From IMG/VR virus record IMGVR_UViG_3300033802_000250: a stretch of DNA of 64,000 bases; one strand, given 5' to 3'. Positions 10,415 through 19,701 of the stretch are shown piece after piece. The DNA is from a virus (lineage: Duplodnaviria; Caudoviricetes). The number at the start of each line of letters is the position of its first letter. Position 1 is the stretch's first letter. The notes below the pieces were generated by a model. It was given only the letters and a program-made list of their open reading frames with translations, ran no database searches and had not been told where the DNA came from. Position numbers and translations under genes: made by a program.

Positions 10415-11236
10415 ATGATCCTTCTCAAGAAGACAATCGAGGAAATCATGGAGGAAACCCTGAAGGAAGCCGAGGGCATGGGTATTACGGAAACCGATGC
10501 AGGCGGGGTATGCCGCCTTTTGTTGTATCTGATCAACAAGCGGTTGGCCGCTTTCTACGACACGCTTGACCTGAACATCGCGCAAGCCTTCGTGTCAAAT
10601 GCGACAGGGTTCTTTCTGGACAAGATCGGACAACTGCTGGATTGCAAACGCAACACCGGAGAAAGCGATGACGACTTTCGTTTCCGCATCACCAAGCAGA
10701 TTCAGAGCGTCGCATCCGGGAACTATACGGCAGTTCGCCTTGCGATCCTATCGGTGCCCGGCGTGCAGGACGTAAAGCTTCAGCGGTTCACGCATGGCGC
10801 GGGGTCGTTTTCTGCGTACGTCATCTCCGCAGATCCGATCACACCGCAGGCTATTCTGGATGCGGTCAATGAGAAAATCAACAACGGGATCGAGAGCTTC
10901 GGCATCCGGGCCGAAGCATTCCGTCCCATTATCATCCCGGTGGAAATGAAAATTCGGCTGATCTTCAACAAAACTGTCACCGACTTGGACAAGCGGCTCG
11001 CCATCGCGCAAGCCCAAGAAGAAGTCAAGAAGTACGTCAACAGCAGGAACGTTGGAGAACCATTGGAAATCAAAGAGATCGACCGGCGCATCCGGGCCAT
11101 CAACGAAGGCATCGAGGAGATTCTGATCTTCCATTTCAAGGTCAGCAATCGCCCGGCGCTCATCACTGACCAAACTTGCGCGTGGAACGAACGGTTTGTT
11201 GAGAGCGATAAACCGAACGCCATCCAAGTGATGTAG
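10415..11236 (+). CDS. Baseplate J-like wedge protein
   Basis: AFVSNATGFFLDKIG...GESDDDFRFRI...SGNYTAVRLAILSVPGVQDV. Confidence 0.85.
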   Translation: MILLKKTIEEIMEETLKEAEGMGITETDAGGVCRLLLYLINKRLAAFYDTLDLNIAQAFVSNATGFFLDKIGQLLDCKRNTGESDDDFRFRITKQIQSVASGNYTAVRLAILSVPGVQDVKLQRFTHGAGSFSAYVISADPITPQAILDAVNEKINNGIESFGIRAEAFRPIIIPVEMKIRLIFNKTVTDLDKRLAIAQAQEEVKKYVNSRNVGEPLEIKEIDRRIRAINEGIEEILIFHFKVSNRPALITDQTCAWNERFVESDKPNAIQVM

Positions 11237-11250
11237 GAAGGAGGAAGGCC

Positions 11251-12060
11251 ATGCATACGGGAATTGACCATACGCTCTTGGATCCCAAGCAGATCAAGCC
11301 ATCGAAGCCGGGATATGAGAGCCTGTACGAGCAGTTGGAGTTTGGTCGCTTCAACTCTGTCAAAAGCGGAGCGGCTCCGACGCTGTATCAGGAATTGGTT
11401 GCTTCACAGGGACAGCGGCGCTTCATCCTTCCGCAAGGAACATTCACGGTTGGCGATCACAGTCTCATGGTGCTGGTCAATGGTCAGATGATGCGCGTTG
11501 GCCCGGACAACGATTATGTTGAAATCGACAGCCGAACCATCGAGTTCAACTTCGATTTGGATCAAGATGATGTCGTTGTCTTCCGGGTAAACGGCGGCAC
11601 CAGCGGGCCGCTCATGCATGAAAGCTACGAAGCGACCGCCGGGCAGACGGTATTCGATCTAGCCTCAAGCTATGCGGTCGGCAACCATTCGCTGTTGGTA
11701 TTCGTCAACGGCGCATTCCAGACTGTGGATATCGACTACGAAGAAACATCCCCCAAACGGGTGACATTTCTGGAGCCGCTCGAAGAAGGCGACCTCGTAA
11801 CCTTTCGCGTGGAAGGATTGCCGGTCGTCGTCAGTAAATACCCGAACCAAACGGTGATCAGCACGTTCGACAACGACGGGCGGATTATCCGGGAGGAGAT
11901 CACGGGCGACGTACATATTGTCAAGGAGTTCGAGTACGATCAAAGCGGCTTTCCTTCTCGCATGATTATCCGTGAGGGCGGCTACACCGTCACCAAAACC
12001 TACACATGGGTCAATGGTGTCTGCACGGGTATTGAACAATCCGTGAAGGAGGCCACATAA
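11251..12060 (+). CDS. Virion structural protein with two copies of the 'VxVNG..Q...DY.E' module and a YD-like C-terminus
   Basis: Internal duplication GQRRFILP...LMVLVNGQ...DYVEID / GQTVFDLA...LLVFVNGA...DYEET; strong RBS aggagg. Confidence 0.7.
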   Translation: MHTGIDHTLLDPKQIKPSKPGYESLYEQLEFGRFNSVKSGAAPTLYQELVASQGQRRFILPQGTFTVGDHSLMVLVNGQMMRVGPDNDYVEIDSRTIEFNFDLDQDDVVVFRVNGGTSGPLMHESYEATAGQTVFDLASSYAVGNHSLLVFVNGAFQTVDIDYEETSPKRVTFLEPLEEGDLVTFRVEGLPVVVSKYPNQTVISTFDNDGRIIREEITGDVHIVKEFEYDQSGFPSRMIIREGGYTVTKTYTWVNGVCTGIEQSVKEAT

Positions 12061-13202
12061 TGGACGAGTTTCTGATCCGACACAAATTCCATACGCTCGA
12101 TAAAACCATCGAGGCGAACAAGGCCGCCGCAGACCAGCACCTTGCTCAACATGACTCGGACATCGCCAGCCTCGATCAGCGTGTGGATACGCTGGAAGGC
12201 AAGGAAACAGAAAGCTCCGGCGCAATCAATACGCTTCGTCAGCAGGTAACAGATCTGCAAAAGATGCTTGCTGATGTGACGCACGAGTTGAACAAGACGA
12301 AGCTCATCAATCTGAAACAGGATATCGTCATCCGAACGCTTCATAACATGCAGGCGTTCGATGCTTACGATATGTTCGCCGACACGTTCGCAGATGCGAC
12401 CCACATCGACATGGAGAACAGCATCCGGGCAGAATGGATGCCGGATTACCAAGCGGTCGGCAAAACCCGCCGGTCGGTTGTCGAGCTTCAGCAACTTTCG
12501 GCTCCAACCAACTTCCTGATTGCGAAGAACCAAACGAGCGACGAAGCTATTGCGCAAAGTTTCGTCATTGATAAGACCAAACAGGTTGACAAGGTGTCCA
12601 TTGTCGTCAGCAGGTTCAACGACAATACGACACAGCCGCTTATCGTCAGCATACGAGCCACGATTGACGGCCCGGATTTGACGAGCCGCGATATTACGGC
12701 AAACGAAGCGATAGGCGGATTTGTGGACGTGGAACTACCGGATTACATGCTGGACGCCGGGCATGTGTACTATCTTGTCTTGCGTACCAATGACTCTTAC
12801 GGCTACAGAATTGGCATGGATACGGTGGACAAATATCTCGGCGGCACCTCATTCAGTCTGTTCAACAATGTCTGGACGGACAATAACCACGACATCGCCT
12901 TCAAAATCTGGTGTTTTCCGTCGGAGGACGAAAACAACGCAACGATCCTCAGCGTTCCGAAAACACTGGCAACGACGCCGAAAACAATTGTATTCGAGCG
13001 CGAAGAAACTCTGGAACCCGGGAGCGGGATCAACTACTTCGTATCACGCGACGGCGGCCTGAACTGGAAAATTCTCCAGCCGGGCATCGTAACGAATCTG
13101 GACGACCTGCCGCCCGGCAACAAGCTTGTGCTGAAGGCGTATATTTTGGGCTCCTCCCGGATCGAAGCGTGGGGCTATGTGGTAACAAGGAGTGACGTAT
13201 AA
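12060..13202 (+). CDS. Virion structural protein (coiled coil + split chassis domain with inserted beta-sandwich)
   Basis: Heptad N-terminus; FADTFADATHID...insert...YFVSRDGGLNW; translationally coupled (TAATG). Confidence 0.7.
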   Translation: MDEFLIRHKFHTLDKTIEANKAAADQHLAQHDSDIASLDQRVDTLEGKETESSGAINTLRQQVTDLQKMLADVTHELNKTKLINLKQDIVIRTLHNMQAFDAYDMFADTFADATHIDMENSIRAEWMPDYQAVGKTRRSVVELQQLSAPTNFLIAKNQTSDEAIAQSFVIDKTKQVDKVSIVVSRFNDNTTQPLIVSIRATIDGPDLTSRDITANEAIGGFVDVELPDYMLDAGHVYYLVLRTNDSYGYRIGMDTVDKYLGGTSFSLFNNVWTDNNHDIAFKIWCFPSEDENNATILSVPKTLATTPKTIVFEREETLEPGSGINYFVSRDGGLNWKILQPGIVTNLDDLPPGNKLVLKAYILGSSRIEAWGYVVTRSDV

Positions 13203-16200
13203 TGACCAGAACGACTCGGCTCAGCCAGCGCAAAATCAAGTCCACCGACCCGGCATACCCTTCGCTGAAAGAGCAGTTGGATGCTCGCAATCAGGGCGGC
13301 ACCGGGTCGGGGTACACGATGCCTGCGGGCGGGATTCCTCGTACCGACATGACAGATGATGTACAAGCGTCGCTGGCGCGGGCGGACATCGCCTACATCA
13401 TTCCGCCTACCGGCATCCCGGAAGCGGAACTGGAACAAGCTGTGCGTGACAGTTTGGGCAGAGCAAACACGGCTTATCAAAAGCCACCCGGCGGGATTCC
13501 GATTTCCGATCTGGAGCCCGCCGCGCAACAGCGACTTACCGATTACACATCCTTCTACGTCAAGCCTGCGCCGGGCATCCCTCGCATGGATCTTGATTCT
13601 GCCGTGCAGGCTTCGCTTGGTTTGGCCGACTCTGCATACCAGAAACCGGTCGGCGGTATTCCGGTTGCCGATCTCTCGTCGGAAGTTCAGGAAGCGCTGA
13701 ACAAGGCAGGTACAGCATACCAGAAGCCATCCGGGGGCATTCCGCTGTCTGATCTTGCGGAGACGGTCGTCCGTCTGTCGGATTTGACTCCGTATAACCA
13801 GCATATCAACGATACATCCAAACACATCACAGATCATACCAAGCTGTCGAATATCGGGATTTACTCCCACAGCGAGATCGACCAGCAACTCGATTATCAC
13901 AAGCGGATGATCGAGCAACTGAATCACGAAATCAGCGATGCCCGTGACACCTTTGTTTCGCTTGGCACCCGTATTGACGCAACCATCGGCAAAAACACCG
14001 AGTATGTCGTCAACGACGAGTTCGAGTGGAAGAAAGGCACCATCAACGGGCTGATTGTCAATAAGGAAGGCAACGTCACTTTCAGCTTTATACCGGAGCC
14101 GATCCTGATCGACCTCTACGATGTATCGCAAGGAGACGCTTTTACGGCTGAACGCCGTTTGGGTGGGATCTACTTTACACAAGAAACCCATGTCAATCGC
14201 GGTGATCTGCCTTGGGTGGATGCTACGAATTGGTATGACTACATCGGCATTCGCTCCATGTTTTATGTCTACGCACCGGAAACGGGCGAGTACGAGTTCA
14301 CCTTCGTATTTTCCGGGAAAGTACGGATGCAAGTAGGCGGCCAGCTTCTCTTTAACGACACCAGCGGTTACATCTTCCATAACGCAACGGCTCGCTCCGG
14401 GCGCGTAAAGCTGGAAGGCGGGCGGCTGTATCCGGTGGTTATCGAGGGATGGTATTATACCGAAGGCGACCGGATTATCAGCCTGTATTGGAAGCGTCCG
14501 GGATTCGCAAGCTCCAGCACAATTCCGATGGAATACCTGAACCATAGCGGATATGCAACGGCGGTCGAAGGCACCTATGAATCCGAGGTTATTGACCTCA
14601 AAGATACAGCCATCAGCGTGTGGTATCTGACGACCGAAATGGTGGATTACCGGCAGGAAGATGATGTTGTTGCTGAGGTTTCAACCAGTGATGATGGCGA
14701 AACCTTCGGGCCGTGGGTGGAAACCCCGGCGGTTGGGGAAATCGCGGCGACGCCAAAACGCTTCCTGAAAATCCGCTTCACTGTCCGCAAGCTATTCGCG
14801 CAGTACACGCCGATGCTGAAGGCGTACCGCATCCGCTACATTTCCTCGGCCAACAACTTCTACTACAAGGAGATCATGGAGGCCCGGGATGTTTATCTGA
14901 GCCTGAAGGATCGCCTCGATGCCATTCAGGAAGGCGTCAACCAACTGGCCGATTTGCAATTACAGTTCAACGCCAGCAACATCCATCCCGAATATTTCGC
15001 AAGCGTGCGGCTGGCGGCCATCGAACTTAATCTGCTGAATCAGTATTACAACCACCTGAAAGCCGTTGCCGACGACTATGAACTGCTTGTGGATGGTGTT
15101 GTCGATCATCTGAAAACGACGAATTGGATCGACATTGAACGGAGTGATGCCTTTACTTTTGTTCCCGGCTCGATTGGGCAGAATCAGAATACCACGATCT
15201 TCGAGGGAACGGGTGCGTGGAATCAGTTTACGCTGGATCGCCTTGATTACGACGATAACGGGTTTCTGCGTCTTGCGTATGTGCGCGGTTCTGGTGGAAT
15301 GGTCAACGATATTTTGGACAACCAATATGCGTGGAGCCAGACATCGGAAGCACAGATTGGCCGATCCTACAGAAAATTCCTCGCCCAGCCGTTTTATCCG
15401 CGTCCGCACACCGGAGCAATCAAGCGAATAAAAGTGTATCGGTCGTCAAACGCCAACAACACGGTCTGGTATCGTGTAATGATCTGTCCGGCCAAGCCGG
15501 ATGGAACGCCGGATATTTATGCTCCGCTCTGGCAATCTGCGGATCTTAGTGGAAGCGGAAACTATGTTCACGACTTCGACGAAATCTACGTTACCGTTAC
15601 GCCGGAGCAAAAATACTTCATCGTCATCCAGATGGTGAACTACAATAACAACAACGCATATCTGTACTTCTGGCAATCGTACAACAACTCCAATGCCAGC
15701 GAGCGGCTTCGCTCCGACAACCCGGAGAATCAGCCGTTGTTGATGATGTACACGAACAACGATGCACCTTCGGAAGCTTCGCATTGGGTGACAGGGCAAC
15801 ACTTCATGTGGTGTTATATCGAGGAACATACACAGCACGAGCCGGAGGGGTACGCAGAGTATATCATCGACTACGGCAAACCGACGCGGCTGATCAATGT
15901 CGATTATGATATTGACAATCCGGCAAACGGTGTGGTTCAGATCCGGTATGCGTCGTCGCCGGATATGGGTTTGTGGTCATTGTACTCCGAAGATCCAAAA
16001 GATGTTCCGCCGGATCGCTTCATAAAGGTGCAGATCCACATGACGGCTCCGAGCCTTGGTTATCTGTCACCCGCACTCAAGCGCATCTCCGTTGGGTTTG
16101 CCGGAGTTCATGGCGAAATTATCACGAAGGCGTTCACTTTGGGTCGCGTGCCAACGCACGCTTTGTTGATCGTTGAACAGCCGGAAAACCAACATGTGAG

Positions 16201-16927
16201 ATTCTTCGCCAGCCGGGATGATGGACATTCGTGGACAGAGATTCAGCCGTCAATGATGACGCCACTGACGAATTGCAGTCCGGGTACGCAGATGCGTCTG
16301 AAAATCATGTACGACGGCGATTATCCGCTTGAAGTCATCAACGGATATGCGTTGCAAGGTATCTATCATCGGGATATCACCGGCCAAAACATTACCTCGC
16401 TCCATGAGGAGTATATTGCGGAGAACGGCCAGACGACATTCCGACTCCAGAATCCGTACCCGATGGGCAACAATGCGCTGGAGGTTTACGTCAATGGCAT
16501 CCTGCAATCGGTTGGGCGGGATTACCTCGAAATCGACAACTACACGGTTCAGTTCACGGAGCCGCTGATCGGCAATGATCCGACCGGTGAGGGGGCCGAC
16601 ATCGTAACATTCCGGGTAGCCGTCGGTGCATACGACAATCATGACATGAAGCTCGTCCGGCGGATTGATGTATTGGAAAAGGTCAACAATCCGAAGGTTA
16701 AATCCCATGAAGTGGAGTATGTCTACGACGAGAACGGCAGGTTGGTGGAGGAAATCTACACGGGCTTTGGCTATCACACCGTCGAATACTCGTATTACCC
16801 GGACGGCAAAAAACAGATGGTTATCACGACCACGGACACCACCATCACTACCGAGGAGTTCTGGTATAATGATGATGGAACGATTGCACGAAGAAAGGTA
16901 ACAGTTAGCGAGGTGGCACCGTCATGA
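13202..16927 (+). CDS. Large tail fibre/appendage protein with 27-aa GGIP repeats, PA14-like domain and nested chassis domains
   Basis: Six YxxPxGGIPxxDL repeats. PA14-like YVYAPETGEYEF...VKLEGGRLYPVVIE...LYWKRPG. EIxxARxxxxSLxxR(I/L)D motifs. YD-like C-terminus. Confidence 0.75.
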   Translation: MTRTTRLSQRKIKSTDPAYPSLKEQLDARNQGGTGSGYTMPAGGIPRTDMTDDVQASLARADIAYIIPPTGIPEAELEQAVRDSLGRANTAYQKPPGGIPISDLEPAAQQRLTDYTSFYVKPAPGIPRMDLDSAVQASLGLADSAYQKPVGGIPVADLSSEVQEALNKAGTAYQKPSGGIPLSDLAETVVRLSDLTPYNQHINDTSKHITDHTKLSNIGIYSHSEIDQQLDYHKRMIEQLNHEISDARDTFVSLGTRIDATIGKNTEYVVNDEFEWKKGTINGLIVNKEGNVTFSFIPEPILIDLYDVSQGDAFTAERRLGGIYFTQETHVNRGDLPWVDATNWYDYIGIRSMFYVYAPETGEYEFTFVFSGKVRMQVGGQLLFNDTSGYIFHNATARSGRVKLEGGRLYPVVIEGWYYTEGDRIISLYWKRPGFASSSTIPMEYLNHSGYATAVEGTYESEVIDLKDTAISVWYLTTEMVDYRQEDDVVAEVSTSDDGETFGPWVETPAVGEIAATPKRFLKIRFTVRKLFAQYTPMLKAYRIRYISSANNFYYKEIMEARDVYLSLKDRLDAIQEGVNQLADLQLQFNASNIHPEYFASVRLAAIELNLLNQYYNHLKAVADDYELLVDGVVDHLKTTNWIDIERSDAFTFVPGSIGQNQNTTIFEGTGAWNQFTLDRLDYDDNGFLRLAYVRGSGGMVNDILDNQYAWSQTSEAQIGRSYRKFLAQPFYPRPHTGAIKRIKVYRSSNANNTVWYRVMICPAKPDGTPDIYAPLWQSADLSGSGNYVHDFDEIYVTVTPEQKYFIVIQMVNYNNNNAYLYFWQSYNNSNASERLRSDNPENQPLLMMYTNNDAPSEASHWVTGQHFMWCYIEEHTQHEPEGYAEYIIDYGKPTRLINVDYDIDNPANGVVQIRYASSPDMGLWSLYSEDPKDVPPDRFIKVQIHMTAPSLGYLSPALKRISVGFAGVHGEIITKAFTLGRVPTHALLIVEQPENQHVRFFASRDDGHSWTEIQPSMMTPLTNCSPGTQMRLKIMYDGDYPLEVINGYALQGIYHRDITGQNITSLHEEYIAENGQTTFRLQNPYPMGNNALEVYVNGILQSVGRDYLEIDNYTVQFTEPLIGNDPTGEGADIVTFRVAVGAYDNHDMKLVRRIDVLEKVNNPKVKSHEVEYVYDENGRLVEEIYTGFGYHTVEYSYYPDGKKQMVITTTDTTITTEEFWYNDDGTIARRKVTVSEVAPS
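13313..13780 (+). repeat. Six tandem 81-bp (27-aa) degenerate coding repeats
   Basis: Tyr codons at 13313 and 13718 are exactly 5x81 bp apart; consensus AYQKPxGGIPxxDLxxxVQxxLxxAxT. Confidence 0.9.
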
Positions 16928-19689
16928 CGCAACGCGCCAGACTGGATCAGCTTAAACGAAGCCGAAACAATCTGAACTACCGTACGTTCCTTGAACAGTT
17001 CGAGGAATTTGAACGTGAGGCGAAGCATCTCCGAAAGCCGGTTGCGACTTTCGGGGATCTTCCCTATGTCGGCAACAAACATGGCGACGAATGCCTCGTT
17101 TTGGATACCGGTGTGAAATACTTTTGGGATGCAAATATCCAGAACTGGCTTCCTCTGCTCGGAAAGGGGTATGACGTTCCGAGCGGCGTTATCAAACGTT
17201 ACCGGGGGAAATACATCGCCAGAGGCGGCGAGACAGAGGTTATCCTCAGTCACCGCTACGATGTGGGCATGAACACGCTGGATGTCTACATCAATGGCTT
17301 GCTTCAGGAGGCTGATGTTGACTACCGGGAAATCGACGAGATCACGATTGAATTTACAACGCCGCTGGAAACCGGCATGATCGTGACCTACATGATGCCT
17401 TACGTGGTCGGCAATGCCAACGAAGATGCCGACATTCGGCGACGCCTGCTTCAAATCGAACATAACCATTATCAACTGATGATGGTGAACTACTACCAAG
17501 GCAAACCGGTGAACTCACAGGCATTGTTCTTCGATGGTTTTCTCAATACGAACTATGTCGATTACATCAAAACCACGAAGAACATCGAGTACGACAACAT
17601 CCGGCGGACGATGCGCGTTGCGACCAATACAATCTCCAAGTTCCAAGAGGTTTTTGACTCCGATAGTCAAATTGATCTAACTGTGTCCAATCTGCGCCTC
17701 TTGAACTCGGAAATCACGCTCCCGGTATCGCAGGAGTTCTCTGTTGCCTTTGAAGATGATTTTTCTACGCCGAATAAACTAGCGTTGGAGGCAACAACAG
17801 CTTATTGGGATCCCGAACTGCAACAATTGGCTGTTGACCCGTATTACTCCGGCGGCAATCATTATCAGTTGGGCGATTTCATGGGTACAACAGGCGGTGT
17901 GGAGCGAAGCGGAGTATATTGGGAACAAGCTCCATGTTATTCCGTTGCGCCCGGCAAAAATCACATGTTCGCTGTTCATGGAGTGGATGTAACTCTCGTT
18001 CCAATCAACCGTCCATTTCGTAACACGGATGGAGGCAGTATGTGGGTGCCTGATGTTTCATCAGAGAATATGTCTGGTGCATCCCAACATAACTCAACAC
18101 ATACATGGGGTGCGTACTACTCCAATTCTGCAATCAGAACATTGGTATACGTACCCGAAACCGATAAACTTTACTTCCTTCAACAAGATAGCGAAGGTGG
18201 TGGACGATATAATCAAAAAATACGCTCTTTTTCTACGGTAACATCCAGTTTCACTATCTCAACCGTGCAATCGCGTTGGTATAATAATAATAGGCGATGT
18301 GCCGTATGGGGAACTCAACAAGACCTTGGATGGCCCGCAGGAATGCCAAACACGACGGGCGGCTCGGGGAAAACTGATGTTATTCACAGCTTAGGAGCAA
18401 CTCAAACCCATCTGCTGATTCGTGTCGAGGATACCATCTATTTCGTCAATCCGGTGACATGGTCTGTAGAAAAAGTGCTGGACTGGAGTTCTGCCGAAAT
18501 CAAACCGTCCCGATTCCTGAACAACTCGATGCAATTCGCCGCCGACAACCGGTTTCTGTACTTCCCGTGGTGGGGTGTGTACAAGGAGCATAACGGATAC
18601 TTCGTCGAGGTATTTGACATCGAAGACGGTCGATTCATCGACAAGTATTGGATTACGGAGACGTACCCCACAACGACGGCAATGCACTATGATTTCTTGC
18701 GAAACCGCATGATTCTCGGTTTGTGGGGTGGTAACTGGTACAGTCTGGTTGAAAAAGGCGTTGCCGGAGATTTTAGCTCCAATGGAAGCTTCGCCGGATT
18801 CATGTTGTTTGATCCTCCTGCGACCGGCTTCTCGTTGGCACAGTCGATTCCGCTAACAACCAATCTGTCTGAAGTGGAATACAAACTGAGTGCCACCCAC
18901 GTCGAAAACGGCGGCGTTGTCGAATACTTCATTCGATTCAACGGAGCCGCATGGCAGAGGATTGATCTGGATCGGGAGTATAAATGGATCAATCCGAAAA
19001 AGACGGGTGAGGCGACCATCGAGCTTCGTGTGGCGCTAAAAAACAACGTCGGCACCAGTACATCGCCGATTGTGACGGACTGGAAACTGGACATCAAGCA
19101 ATACCTGAATGAAGGCATTTATGTGTCCAAAGAACAAACGCTCCAGATCAGTAGCGTCAGCAGTGGCAAGATGGTTCTCAATCAGGATGCGCCGAACGAA
19201 ACGTCGATCCAATGGACGATCCAACTGGCCCCCGATGCACCAGAAGTGCCGGTTTCCGAAGACGGCGTGTTCTCGATTAGCGACGGATTGGGTACGGCCT
19301 ACGCGACGATACGGGCCCGCATGGCAACCAACAATACCTTGCTGTCGCCTGTTGTTCGGGACTTTACGCTTCAGATGCATTACGTTGAAGCGGGACGATT
19401 GGAATCCACTGTCTACAATCAGATTTACGACATCGAATACGGAACGATGTGGGTTACGAATACCGCGTCCAATGATTACATTGTTCCGTACATGTCGCGT
19501 GATGGCGGACAAACGTGGGTCGAAGGCGTGCGAGAAGCCAGCGTCAAACTGCCCGACGGTAGTTTCGAGAGCCAATATCGGTTTACGTTTACGGGCGACG
19601 AGCAAATTCGCAACCAAGCCAAAGTGGCCTTTGATATTCGTGGAGCGACCGAGATTGTGCAATACGGCGTCTCGATCAATCCGCTGTGA
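16924..19689 (+). CDS. Tail appendage / receptor-binding protein with three nested chassis domains around a low-GC beta-rich insert
   Basis: VATFGDLP...GD...V fibre motif, a VYING module, three FxDxF openers and three closing halves. Confidence 0.75.
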   Translation: MTQRARLDQLKRSRNNLNYRTFLEQFEEFEREAKHLRKPVATFGDLPYVGNKHGDECLVLDTGVKYFWDANIQNWLPLLGKGYDVPSGVIKRYRGKYIARGGETEVILSHRYDVGMNTLDVYINGLLQEADVDYREIDEITIEFTTPLETGMIVTYMMPYVVGNANEDADIRRRLLQIEHNHYQLMMVNYYQGKPVNSQALFFDGFLNTNYVDYIKTTKNIEYDNIRRTMRVATNTISKFQEVFDSDSQIDLTVSNLRLLNSEITLPVSQEFSVAFEDDFSTPNKLALEATTAYWDPELQQLAVDPYYSGGNHYQLGDFMGTTGGVERSGVYWEQAPCYSVAPGKNHMFAVHGVDVTLVPINRPFRNTDGGSMWVPDVSSENMSGASQHNSTHTWGAYYSNSAIRTLVYVPETDKLYFLQQDSEGGGRYNQKIRSFSTVTSSFTISTVQSRWYNNNRRCAVWGTQQDLGWPAGMPNTTGGSGKTDVIHSLGATQTHLLIRVEDTIYFVNPVTWSVEKVLDWSSAEIKPSRFLNNSMQFAADNRFLYFPWWGVYKEHNGYFVEVFDIEDGRFIDKYWITETYPTTTAMHYDFLRNRMILGLWGGNWYSLVEKGVAGDFSSNGSFAGFMLFDPPATGFSLAQSIPLTTNLSEVEYKLSATHVENGGVVEYFIRFNGAAWQRIDLDREYKWINPKKTGEATIELRVALKNNVGTSTSPIVTDWKLDIKQYLNEGIYVSKEQTLQISSVSSGKMVLNQDAPNETSIQWTIQLAPDAPEVPVSEDGVFSISDGLGTAYATIRARMATNNTLLSPVVRDFTLQMHYVEAGRLESTVYNQIYDIEYGTMWVTNTASNDYIVPYMSRDGGQTWVEGVREASVKLPDGSFESQYRFTFTGDEQIRNQAKVAFDIRGATEIVQYGVSINPL

Positions 19690-19701
19690 GGAGGATAGTC
19701 C

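Noticed and set aside
3272-11236. Contractile injection system / tailocin rather than phage
   Set aside because: The linked primase, helicase, resolvase, annealase and sigma factor indicate a replicating phage, although capsid genes are outside the window.
13196-13204. TATAAT at the 12060/13202 gene junction
   Set aside because: It arises from the overlapping TAA/ATG and leaves no room for a leader; no convincing -35.
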